Below are positions 11,214 to 19,862 of a stretch of 64,000 nucleotides of DNA, in pieces; position 1 is the stretch's first letter; the number at the start of each line of letters is the position of its first letter. Under the pieces are notes generated by a model that was not told where the DNA came from, made no database searches, and was given only the letters and a program-made list of their open reading frames with translations. Origin of the DNA: Candidatus Latescibacterota bacterium (GTDB taxonomy: Bacteria; Latescibacterota; UBA2968; UBA8231); assembly GCA_965203175.1 (NCBI GenBank), contig OZ241867.1, positions 2,816,001-2,880,000 on the forward strand. The letters are read 5' to 3'. The position numbers were made by a program, and so were the translations under genes.

Positions 11214-13199
11214 GTGACCGCTGGTGCCTTAGTAATACCTGAAGGCAGCAAGGACAACTTCGCACTGCCTGAAGGCAGCGAGAACAGCGTTGCACGCGAG
11301 TGGCTGGAGACCAACGGCCTGGGCGGTTGGGCATCCTCTACGGTCAGCGGCGCGAACACCCGGCGCTACCACGGCCTGTTGGTTGTGGCGACCTGTCCGC
11401 CGGTTGGCCGGGTGGTGTTGCTGTCGCGGCTCGACGAGACCTTGGTTCTGCCCACGGCCCGCGTCGAGCTAAGTTGCAGCATTTTCCCCGGAGTCATTCA
11501 CCCACGGGGCGACCAATGGCTAACGGCCTTCGCGCCCGAGCCGGTGCCGACGTGGACGTACGCGGGGGATGGGTGGGTGTTGCGCAAGCGGCTGGCTTTG
11601 CTGGCGGGTGAGCATGCCTTGGTTGTCGCGTACGAACTAGTGGAAGCGTCCGAACCGCTTTGGTTGGAATTGTGTCCCCTTTTCGCGGCGCGAGACTATC
11701 ACCACTTAATGCAGGCCAACGATCAAGTCGCCCCAACAGCCGCTTGGGCTGAGGACGCGTTGGTCTATCGGCCCTATCGGGAGCAGCCTACCGCGCATAT
11801 CCTCGCCCCGGGCGCGTGCTGGGAGGCCGCTCCGGACTGGTACTACAACTTCCAATATCCGCGCGAGGAAGAGCGCGGCCTCGACTGCAGCGAAGACCTG
11901 TTCACGCCCGGCTACCTGCGTCTGCAACTCGTCCCCGGAGCCACCGTTGGCGTAGTCGCAGCCACTGAGCTTCCCTCCTGCCGCGACCCTCTCGCGCTCC
12001 TCGCCGACGAGATTGACCGCCGCCAGCAGGTGGAAATGCGCGCTCCTTGGACCGCTGACCCTTTGCTGCGGTCGCTGGCGCGGGCGGCCGATCAGTTTCT
12101 GGTGCGGCGCGGCGATGGCCTGCGCACCATTGTCGCGGGGTACCACTGGTTCACGGATTGGGGCCGCGACACTATGATCGCCCTGCCCGGCCTCTGCTTG
12201 GTCACCGGGCGTTTTGCCGAAGCGCGAGGTATCTTTGCAGCGTTTGCCGAGCACGTCAGCGAGGGCATGATCCCCAACCGCTTTCCCGACGCGGGAGAGG
12301 CTCCGGAATACCACGCTGTTGATGCGACCTTGTGGTTTTTTGTTGCGTTCTACAAGTATTTGCAATACACCGAGGACTACGAGTTTGCCTGCGAGCTCTG
12401 GCCGACGTTAGAGGACATAGCCGCTTGGCACGAGCGCGGCACGCGCCATCAGATTTGGGTTGATGCCGACGGCCTGCTCGCGGCTGGGGAGCCGGGGGTG
12501 CAATTGACGTGGATGGACGCCAAGGTCGGCGATTGGGTGGTCACGCCGCGCATGGGCAAGCCCGTGGAGGTCAATGCGCTTTGGTACAATGCGCTCAAAA
12601 TTTTGCAGCACTTGGGCGATACATTGGGTCAGCGCGCTGATTACGGCCAGCGCGCCGCTGAGGTGCAGGCGTCCTTTGATAGTATGTTCTGGTGCGAAGA
12701 GCGGGGGTACTTGTGCGACGTAGTCGCGTCCAAGGGGACGGATTGGTCGATTCGCCCCAATCAAATTTTTGCGCTCTCACTGCCTTTTCCGCTCGTCGAG
12801 GGCGAGCGGGCGCGGCGAGTCTTATCGGTGATTGACGAACACTTGCTGACCCCGCGCGGCCTGCGCAGCCTCTCGCCGTGCGATCCGGCGTACTGCGCCC
12901 GATATGCGGGTGGACCTTGGGAGCGCGACAGCGCGTATCACCAGGGCACGGTGTGGGGCTGGCTCATCGGTCCGTACATCACCGCCCTCTGTCGTTGCCA
13001 CGGTCTCGTGGGCCGCCAGCGCGGCCGCGCCCTCCTCGACGGCTTTGCCGCGCACCTGAACGAAGCGGGTTTGGGCACGGTCTCGGAGATATTTGACGCC
13101 GAGCCGCCTTTTGCGCCTCGCGGCTGTATCGCCCAGGCGTGGAGCGTGGGCGAGTTGTTGCGGGCCGGGGTGGAGGATGTGCTGGAGCCAAATGCATGA
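11214..13199 (+). CDS. Amylo-alpha-1,6-glucosidase / glycogen debranching enzyme (GH133, archaeal type)
   Basis: EWLETNGLGG, TRRYHGLL, AGYHWFTDWGRDTMI, LTWMDAK, YHQGTVW, QAWSVGE. Confidence 0.92.
   Translation: MTAGALVIPEGSKDNFALPEGSENSVAREWLETNGLGGWASSTVSGANTRRYHGLLVVATCPPVGRVVLLSRLDETLVLPTARVELSCSIFPGVIHPRGDQWLTAFAPEPVPTWTYAGDGWVLRKRLALLAGEHALVVAYELVEASEPLWLELCPLFAARDYHHLMQANDQVAPTAAWAEDALVYRPYREQPTAHILAPGACWEAAPDWYYNFQYPREEERGLDCSEDLFTPGYLRLQLVPGATVGVVAATELPSCRDPLALLADEIDRRQQVEMRAPWTADPLLRSLARAADQFLVRRGDGLRTIVAGYHWFTDWGRDTMIALPGLCLVTGRFAEARGIFAAFAEHVSEGMIPNRFPDAGEAPEYHAVDATLWFFVAFYKYLQYTEDYEFACELWPTLEDIAAWHERGTRHQIWVDADGLLAAGEPGVQLTWMDAKVGDWVVTPRMGKPVEVNALWYNALKILQHLGDTLGQRADYGQRAAEVQASFDSMFWCEERGYLCDVVASKGTDWSIRPNQIFALSLPFPLVEGERARRVLSVIDEHLLTPRGLRSLSPCDPAYCARYAGGPWERDSAYHQGTVWGWLIGPYITALCRCHGLVGRQRGRALLDGFAAHLNEAGLGTVSEIFDAEPPFAPRGCIAQAWSVGELLRAGVEDVLEPNA
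11235..11294 (+). repeat. Degenerate 30-bp tandem duplication at the 5' end of the debranching gene
   Basis: CCTGAAGGCAGC at 11238 and 11268; encodes IPEGSKDNFA / LPEGSENSVA. Confidence 0.75.
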
Positions 13200-13302
13200 A
13201 GGGGCGGGCCGGTATTTTTGTTATTATGATGGCATATAATGGCGAAGGGACCGCACCTCTTCAACTTTGAAGCTGATCGTCACTTTGAGAAGGAAGATTA
13301 TA

Positions 13303-13785
13303 GTGAGCGGAAGAGTGTACATTGAGACGACAATTCCCAGTGTATATTACGACACCCGAGATGACGCGGAGACTATCGCACGACGTAGTTGGACTCGACG
13401 ATGGTGGATTAGGTATCGCTATGACTACGAGATTGTCACAAGTAGCGCCGTTCTAGAGGAGTTGCAGAACGGAGAATTCGATTCGAGGGAGAATTGCTTG
13501 AGACTGCTTGATAACGTTCCACTTTTACCGGTTGAGCGGGGCATCGGAGAGGTAGTACAGACGTATGTCAATCACCACGTCATGCCGGCCGATCCCACGG
13601 GTGATGCGCTTCACTTGGCACTGGCGTCGTACCACAAGTGCGACTTCCTTCTCACTTGGAACTGCCGGCACCTGGCGAACGCTAACAAATTCAGCCATAT
13701 TCGGACAATAAATGGCCTTCTCGGCCTGTTTGTACCTAGTCTTGTGACACCCTTGGAACTCCTTGGAGGTGAGGATGATGTCTGA
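13303..13785 (+). CDS. PIN-domain (VapC-like) toxin
   Basis: VYIETTIPS, V..EL, DALHLALA, DFLLTWNCRHLAN; GTG at 13303 follows AGGAAG. Confidence 0.85.
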   Translation: MSGRVYIETTIPSVYYDTRDDAETIARRSWTRRWWIRYRYDYEIVTSSAVLEELQNGEFDSRENCLRLLDNVPLLPVERGIGEVVQTYVNHHVMPADPTGDALHLALASYHKCDFLLTWNCRHLANANKFSHIRTINGLLGLFVPSLVTPLELLGGEDDV

Positions 13786-13945
13786 GCACTCTAAAGATGT
13801 GATAGATCGAGTTCGAGCCATCCGCCGGAAGATATCCGAAGAAGTTGGGAACGATCCGCAGGAACTCGTCCGCCATTATCAGGAGTTGGACGAGAAGTAT
13901 CGGGCCAGAGTACTCCGCAGAAAACAGACTCCGCAAGAGAAATAA
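13778..13945 (+). CDS. Small helical protein, probable antitoxin of the PIN toxin
   Basis: GGAGGTGAGG RBS; overlaps the toxin stop; DVIDRVRAIRRKISEE pattern typical of small PIN partners. Confidence 0.65.
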   Translation: MSEHSKDVIDRVRAIRRKISEEVGNDPQELVRHYQELDEKYRARVLRRKQTPQEK

Positions 13946-13979
13946 GTGCTGGCTAAACTGCTCTTGGAACGGTGCGCCC

Positions 13980-14008
13980 TTGACAGATCTCAACGCGGCC
14001 CTTTTAAT
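13980..14008 (+). promoter_or_regulatory. Sigma70 promoter of the cobalamin operon
   Basis: TTGACA-17 nt-TTTAAT directly upstream of the riboswitch. Confidence 0.75.
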
Positions 14009-14019
14009 AGTCAAGCAAA

Positions 14020-14212
14020 TAACGGCGCAGGTGTCCGCTGCCGCAGGGCAGCGGAAGAATAGGGAAGGCAGTGCAAATCTGCCGCGGTCCCGCCACTGTG
14101 ACCGGTTGACGGCCCACCAGCCGTCGCGTCCCCGACATCAGCCACTGATTCCCAAGAGGATCGGGAAGGAGTCGGACGGCACATAACCGGAAGTCAGGAG
14201 ACCTGCCTGCGA
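14020..14212 (+). ncRNA. Cobalamin (AdoCbl-type) riboswitch
   Basis: AGGTG..AATAGGGAA..GTGCAAATC..GCGGTCCCGCCACTGTG..GCCACTG..GGGAAGG..AAGTCAGGAGACCTGCC (B12 box) upstream of TBDR/PduO/ABC genes. Confidence 0.95.
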
Positions 14213-14254
14213 CCGAGGTGAATGACACCCTTCGGTAGAAAGGTTGGTCCACCG

Positions 14255-16519
14255 GTGCCTAATACAAGCACCCAGACCCGCACTCATTCGAGGGCGGGCT
14301 TTTTTATTGTTTTCTTTTTGATGGCCCTGCCCCCTGAGGCTCTCTTGGCCGGGTCGCTACAGGGCCGGTTGCTCGATCAGGACGCGGGACGTCCCGTGTC
14401 CGGTGCCGTATTGACGCTGAGCGTCTCATCCGGCGCTGTCCATTCCATCCGCAGCGATACGACCGGCACCTTCTGCCTCGAAAATCTGGCAGCAGGCACT
14501 TGGGATTTGCGCGTGGAACGGCTGGGCTATCGGCCCTTGCAAGGCCACATTCAGATCGGCGCAGTCCCCACCTCAGTCGAGTTGCACCTGCAATCTCTGC
14601 CCATGATCATGGACGAGTTGGTGGTCCGCCCCCGCCGCAGCCCCGAGGGCAAGCACATTGCCTCTTTCGTCGAAACTATTGTCTTGGGCAACCAGCGCGC
14701 TCCCGGCGCAGATCTAGCTCAGACCCTCGACCGCGCTACCGGCGTCAACATCCGCCGCTACGGCGGGTTGGGCAGTTTTAGTACCCTTTCCATTCGCGGA
14801 TCCACGGCTGAACAGGTACAAGTTTTCCTCGATGGGGTGCCGCTCAACTCGGCTGTTGGTGGTGGCGTGGATTTAGGTGGCTTGCCCATCGGCGGCGTCG
14901 AAAGCGTCGATGTATATCGGGGCGCGGTGCCAGCGCGCTTTGGTGGCAACAGCCTTGGGGGCGTGGTCCACATCCGCACGCAGCCGCTCGGTGACAAAGT
15001 CCGCACGCGCTTGCACACGGCCTCCGGTTCGCACGGCACCCGTCGACTAGGTGCTTCGCTCAGCGGTCCCTATAAGGGCTGGGAGTACTTGGGGTTGGTC
15101 AACTACCAAGCCAGCCGCAATGACTTTCGCTTTTGGGACGACAACGGCACTGAGTACAACGCCCAAGACGACGGCTGGGCGCGACGGCTCAACAGCGATT
15201 TTCGCGGCGTGCGCGGTTTGGCCAAAATCGGGCGCAGCTTGGGCGCTAGCCGCTTGCAGATTCACAACACCTTTGACCTGAGCTACAAAGGCATTCCCGG
15301 CATTGGCAACAACCAATCTCTGCATACTCGCTACGACACGTGGCGTCATATCGCCGAAGCTGCGCTTTTCGGTCCGCTAGGGCACGGCCGCACTGGGTAC
15401 CGACTCAAAGCTCACCACTCGCGCGAAAAAGACGAGTACCGGGATCGGCACGGCGAAGTGGGCTTAGGCCGCCAGCACGACCGCAATATCACCCAGAGCT
15501 TGGGCTTGCGCGGCGAAGTGAATGCTCTGTTGCCTGGCCAGTCTCTGCTGACCGCTTTTGTCGCGGCTCGGCGCGAGACCTTTGTTCCCGACGATTTGCT
15601 TCGGTCCGACAGTCGGCTCTTGCGCAGTCGCCGCCGGGCGTTGGCCGTTGGGACCGAGGTGGAGGTGCCGGTGGGGCAGCGCTTGACTATCAACGTCGGC
15701 ACGCAGGCAGAGGGGTTTGATGACCGCTTTTTCGATCGGAAGAACTTCGCGCCCAGTGCGGTGTTGCCGAGTCGGGAAAACCGCGAAATCCTGTGGGGCT
15801 ATCGCGTGGGTGCGGCCTTGGACTTAGGCGCTGGCTTGGCGCTCAAGGCCCATAACGGCCGCTATCAGCGCGCGCCCAATTTCTTTGAACTCTTCGGCGA
15901 TCGGGGCGCGGTGATCGGCAATACCAACCTCGTCCGAGAAGAAGGGCACAACTGGGATTTGGGTTTCGTTTTCCGTGGTCCCGCCGAGGGGATGGGGTTG
16001 GCCTTGGCGGAGGTCGTGTACTACCACAATGGCGTCGAAGACCTCATTCGCTTCATACAGAACTCACAGCGGGTGTCGCGGCCTCATAATATGGGCCGGG
16101 CTTTGCTGCGCGGTGTAGAGACGCGGGTTGAGGCGCGGTTGTTGCCAAGGCTGGCACTGCGCGGCAATTACGCGTATCAGCGCGCTGAAAACCGCACTCC
16201 GTTCTCTTTTGAACGGGAAAATGATCTGCCCAATGCGCCGCGCCATCGGCTCAATGCGCGCGTATCCCTCGACTTGGGTCGCGCGGAACTATACGGCGAA
16301 TTCAGCCGCGAAAGTCGGCATTTTCTCGACCGGGCTAATCTGCGCACCGTGCCCGTCCGCGCCCTGTACAATCTCGGTGGCAGTGTGCCGCTAGTCGAGG
16401 GCATCGCCTTGTCTTGGGAGCTGCGCAACCTGACCAACAATCAAGTAGCCGATCTATGGGGCTACCCGCTGCCGGGCCGCTCGTATGGGCTTTCCGTTCG
16501 CTATGCTGCGCATCAGTAG
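14255..16519 (+). CDS. TonB-dependent receptor, BtuB-like, with N-terminal carboxypeptidase-regulatory-like domain (start uncertain: 14222/14255/14321)
   Basis: Plug motif GVNIRRYGGLGSFSTLSIRGS..QVQVFLDGVPLN; NLTN..GYPLPGRSY C-terminus; riboswitch context. Confidence 0.9.
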   Translation: MPNTSTQTRTHSRAGFFIVFFLMALPPEALLAGSLQGRLLDQDAGRPVSGAVLTLSVSSGAVHSIRSDTTGTFCLENLAAGTWDLRVERLGYRPLQGHIQIGAVPTSVELHLQSLPMIMDELVVRPRRSPEGKHIASFVETIVLGNQRAPGADLAQTLDRATGVNIRRYGGLGSFSTLSIRGSTAEQVQVFLDGVPLNSAVGGGVDLGGLPIGGVESVDVYRGAVPARFGGNSLGGVVHIRTQPLGDKVRTRLHTASGSHGTRRLGASLSGPYKGWEYLGLVNYQASRNDFRFWDDNGTEYNAQDDGWARRLNSDFRGVRGLAKIGRSLGASRLQIHNTFDLSYKGIPGIGNNQSLHTRYDTWRHIAEAALFGPLGHGRTGYRLKAHHSREKDEYRDRHGEVGLGRQHDRNITQSLGLRGEVNALLPGQSLLTAFVAARRETFVPDDLLRSDSRLLRSRRRALAVGTEVEVPVGQRLTINVGTQAEGFDDRFFDRKNFAPSAVLPSRENREILWGYRVGAALDLGAGLALKAHNGRYQRAPNFFELFGDRGAVIGNTNLVREEGHNWDLGFVFRGPAEGMGLALAEVVYYHNGVEDLIRFIQNSQRVSRPHNMGRALLRGVETRVEARLLPRLALRGNYAYQRAENRTPFSFERENDLPNAPRHRLNARVSLDLGRAELYGEFSRESRHFLDRANLRTVPVRALYNLGGSVPLVEGIALSWELRNLTNNQVADLWGYPLPGRSYGLSVRYAAHQ
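14277..14306 (+). terminator. Intrinsic-terminator-like hairpin downstream of the riboswitch
   Basis: CCCGCACTC-ATTC-GAGGGCGGG followed by CTTTTTTATTGTTTTC. Confidence 0.6.
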
Positions 16520-16576
16520 GGCAGTTGTCGACAAAGACAAGACGATTCTACTAACCACTAACTAAGGAGGATTTAC

Positions 16577-17986
16577 GTGTATCGCATTTCTATTTTGGCC
16601 GTCTCTCTCTTGTTGCTGGCGAACTCGGCGTCGGCACAGAGCGATCTCTTCGTTATCACCACGGATTTTTCTACCGGCAGCACGGCCTTTTTGGCCGCGG
16701 ATGCGGCCGAGGCCGAGGTGAATCTATTGGGCATCCATTCGGATGCAGTGGGGCACTACCACGATGGCCGCGTCTATATCGTCAACCGCTTGGGCCAGGA
16801 CAATATCTTGGTGCTGGACGCGATGGATTTGCGCACTCCGCTGACTCAGTTTTCGGTGGGCAATGGTGCCAACCCGCACGATATCGAAATTGTCGCACCC
16901 GACAAGGCGTATGTGACGCGCTACGACGCGGCATCTCTGTTGATCGTCAATCCCCAAGATGGCGCGGAATTGGGCCAAATCGATCTGAGCGCGTTCGCCG
17001 ACGCGGATGGTCTGCCCGAAGTATCGCAAATCGTCCGCGTCGGCAATCGGCTCTACTTGAGCTGTCAGCGCCTCGACCGCAACGGTGGCTGGGGGCCGGC
17101 TGACGTTAGCTACCTAATCGTCGTCGATCTGGCGACTGACACCTTGGTCGATGTGGACCCGGACGCCGAGGGCGTGCAGGGCATCGCGCTGAGCGCTGCC
17201 AATCCCAACAGCATGGCTGTCGTAGGCGAGCGGATCGCCGTGGGGGTAGTGGTCGGTTTTGGCGACCGGGCCGGTGGAGTGGAAATCGTCGATACGGCTA
17301 CCAACCGCAGCCTTGGATTGGCCGTCAGCGAGGAAGACTTGGGCGGCGACATTACGTCCATGGTGCTCGTCGATCAAAATCGGGGCTATGCCGTAGTCGC
17401 GGACGAAAACTTCGCCAATGGCGTCCGGCCCTTTGAGTTGTCCAGCGGTACTGTGGGTGCGCCCATAGAAAATATCAGCGGTGGTTTTATCCCCAGCTTA
17501 GCTGTAGATGGCGATCGCGTGATCGTCGCTGATCGAGGCTCTTTCTCCGATCCGGCTAGCGCGGGACTCAAATTCTACGATGCGGCTACAGGAGCGTTCC
17601 TGCACGGTCCCATCGACACCGGCTTGCCGCCGCAAGACATCGTGGTTCTGAGTGATGTGACTATTCCCACGGCTGTGGAGGAGACCGCTGACACCGGCTT
17701 GCCGCAGGAATTCGCCTTGGAGGCGGCCTATCCCAATCCCTTCAACTCCTCAGTGCAGATTCCCTTTGCGGTCTGGCGAGCCAACACTCCGGTCGAATTG
17801 ACCGTCCACGACGTGTTGGGCCGCACCGTCCGCACGCTGACTTCCGGTCCGGTAGCCGCCGGGCGACACGTTCTCCAATGGGACGGTCGCAATGCCGCAG
17901 GTGAGCCGGTGGGCAACGGCGCGTATCTAGTGCAGTTGCGCGCGGGCAGTCAACAGGCTGTGGGCAAGGTGATGTTGATAAAATGA
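16577..17986 (+). CDS. Secreted YncE/BtuG-like beta-propeller with C-terminal FlgD-Ig/T9SS-like domain
   Basis: AAGGAGG RBS, Sec signal (ASA-Q), propeller repeats (ANPHDI..KAYVTRY), C-terminal AYPNPFN..HDVLGRTVRTL..WDGRNAAGEPVGNGAYLVQL. Confidence 0.82.
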   Translation: MYRISILAVSLLLLANSASAQSDLFVITTDFSTGSTAFLAADAAEAEVNLLGIHSDAVGHYHDGRVYIVNRLGQDNILVLDAMDLRTPLTQFSVGNGANPHDIEIVAPDKAYVTRYDAASLLIVNPQDGAELGQIDLSAFADADGLPEVSQIVRVGNRLYLSCQRLDRNGGWGPADVSYLIVVDLATDTLVDVDPDAEGVQGIALSAANPNSMAVVGERIAVGVVVGFGDRAGGVEIVDTATNRSLGLAVSEEDLGGDITSMVLVDQNRGYAVVADENFANGVRPFELSSGTVGAPIENISGGFIPSLAVDGDRVIVADRGSFSDPASAGLKFYDAATGAFLHGPIDTGLPPQDIVVLSDVTIPTAVEETADTGLPQEFALEAAYPNPFNSSVQIPFAVWRANTPVELTVHDVLGRTVRTLTSGPVAAGRHVLQWDGRNAAGEPVGNGAYLVQLRAGSQQAVGKVMLIK

Positions 17987-17987
17987 A

Positions 17988-18067
17988 AGGCAACCACAGG
18001 GGTTTTAGGGCAACCACAAGGGTTGCCCCTACATAATTGTGGTAGGGGCGTCCCTTGTGGGCACCCT
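17988..18067. repeat. GTAG-type REP cluster (one partial and two inverted full copies)
   Basis: AGGGCAACCACAAGGGTTGCCCCTAC (18007-18032) and GTAGGGGCGTCCCTTGTGGGCACCCT (18042-18067); partial copy at 17988-18004. Confidence 0.85.
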
Positions 18068-18107
18068 TCATTTGGATAGGCCGATAAGCAAGGGAAAGGC
18101 AACAGAT

Positions 18108-18674
18108 ATGGTTACGCTATCTAAGCTCTACACCAAGACGGGCGACGGCGGCATGACGCGGCTGGGCGATATGTCGCAAGTGCCCAAGACGAGCGCCCGC
18201 ATCGCCGCTTATGGGTGCGTGGATGAGCTGAACTCGGTGATTGGGTTGGCTAGGGCTAGCGGTGCAGAGCACGACGATGTGCTCGCTCGGGTGCAAAACG
18301 ATCTCTTTGACTTGGGGGCCGATTTGTGCGTCCCGCAGGCGGATGGTGAAGAAGAGCGCCTGCGCGTGCAGCCGCAGCAGGTTCTTTTCCTAGAGCAGCA
18401 AATTGACGATCTCACGCGAGATTTGGCTCCTTTGTGGAGCTTTATCTTGCCTGGAGGACGGCTTCCCGCTGCTTGGCTTCACCTTGCGCGTACGGTGTGT
18501 CGGCGTGCCGAGCGGGCAGCTTGGCAACTCGCGGAGCAAGAGCAAGTCGGAGAGCCGGTTTTGCTGTATCTCAACCGGCTCTCCGATTTGCTGTTCGCGA
18601 TGGCGCGGGCCGCCAACGACGGTGGAGAGGCGGATGTGTTGTGGAAGCCGGGGGAGGGCGCGGATGATGCGTAA
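18108..18674 (+). CDS. pduO: ATP:cob(I)alamin adenosyltransferase, PduO type
   Basis: KLYTKTGDGGMT, AYGCVDELNS, QNDLFDLGADL, FILPGG, ARTVCRRAER, YLNRLSDLLF. Confidence 0.95.
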   Translation: MVTLSKLYTKTGDGGMTRLGDMSQVPKTSARIAAYGCVDELNSVIGLARASGAEHDDVLARVQNDLFDLGADLCVPQADGEEERLRVQPQQVLFLEQQIDDLTRDLAPLWSFILPGGRLPAAWLHLARTVCRRAERAAWQLAEQEQVGEPVLLYLNRLSDLLFAMARAANDGGEADVLWKPGEGADDA

Positions 18675-18698
18675 GTGGATTCTTGGTGGAGGCGTTTG

Positions 18699-19856
18699 AT
18701 GCGCAAAATGTGTTTTTGGGCGTGGCTGGCCCTCGGTGTGTCGGCAGCGAATGGGGATGACTGCGTCGATAGCTACGATTCGGCGAAGGACTATTTCCCC
18801 GACAAGGCTGAACTGCAATACGCCGAGAGTTTTGCGATTGAATACTTCGGCAACTACAAATTGGTCACTGTGCATACTCCGTGGCCCGGTGCCGAAGAAG
18901 CTGTTCAGTACTTATTGGTCCAACGCGGCACTCCCGCCCCCGAAGGGTATGAGGGCGTTCAGCGCATCACCGTGCCCATCCGTCGTCTCGCGGCTTTATC
19001 GACCACGCAATTGCCGCACCTCGAATTGTTGGACGCTCTCGAAAATCTAGTCGCGGTCAGTGACATTAAAATGGTGAATTCGCCGGGCATCAATCAGCGC
19101 TTTGCGGCTGGCAAAATTGCCGAAATCGGCCACGGTGCCGGGGTCAATCTCGAATTAGTGCTGGAACTGGAGACCGACGTAGTAATGACCGTAGCTTCAG
19201 CCCAATCCCAGTACAACGCCCACCCAGTTTTGCTGCAAGCCGGCGTGGCCGTGGCCATCAACGCCGAGTACACTGAGCCATCGCTGCTGGGCCGCACGGA
19301 ATGGCTCAAGTTCACCGCGGCCTTTTTCAACGCGGAGGCTCTGGCGGAAAAACGCTTTGCGGACATTGTGGCCCAGTACCAGCAATACGCGGCTTTGGTG
19401 CAGGAGGTGCCGACGGCCCAACGGCCCACGGTGTTCGGCGGTTCTCTCTGGCGCGACACTTGGCACGTCGCCGGTGGCAAGAGCTACGCAGCGCAATTGG
19501 TCGCCGCGGCTGGGGGTGCGTACCTGTGGGCCGACGACGATTCCGGGGGAAGTTTGCCTTTGGATTTTGAGGCCGTGTACGAAAAGGCCCACGCGGCCGA
19601 CGTTTGGCTGACCATGCGCAATGAATGGCATTCGCTGGCCGAGGTGGAGGCTGCGGACGAGCGCTACGCGGCGTTTGCAGCGTTGCAAAGCGGTCGAGTG
19701 TACAATGCCAACGCCCGACTCAACGCGCACGGCGGCAACGACTACTGGGAAGCTGGCCTTGTCGAACCCCATATCGTGCTGGCCGATCTTATAAAAATCC
19801 TGCATCCCGACCGCCTGCCGGACCACGCGCTCAAGTTCTATAAAAAACTGGACTGA
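18699..19856 (+). CDS. ABC substrate-binding protein (BtuF/cobalamin-Fe-siderophore class)
   Basis: GGAGG RBS, signal peptide, EYTEPSLLGRTEWLKF, GGNDYWE, ADLIKILHP. Confidence 0.88.
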   Translation: MRKMCFWAWLALGVSAANGDDCVDSYDSAKDYFPDKAELQYAESFAIEYFGNYKLVTVHTPWPGAEEAVQYLLVQRGTPAPEGYEGVQRITVPIRRLAALSTTQLPHLELLDALENLVAVSDIKMVNSPGINQRFAAGKIAEIGHGAGVNLELVLELETDVVMTVASAQSQYNAHPVLLQAGVAVAINAEYTEPSLLGRTEWLKFTAAFFNAEALAEKRFADIVAQYQQYAALVQEVPTAQRPTVFGGSLWRDTWHVAGGKSYAAQLVAAAGGAYLWADDDSGGSLPLDFEAVYEKAHAADVWLTMRNEWHSLAEVEAADERYAAFAALQSGRVYNANARLNAHGGNDYWEAGLVEPHIVLADLIKILHPDRLPDHALKFYKKLD

Positions 19857-19862
19857 GACGCC

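Noticed and set aside
17988-18067. Possible mini-CRISPR
   Set aside because: Units are inverted palindromes with no unique 30-40 nt spacers and no cas genes; fits REP.
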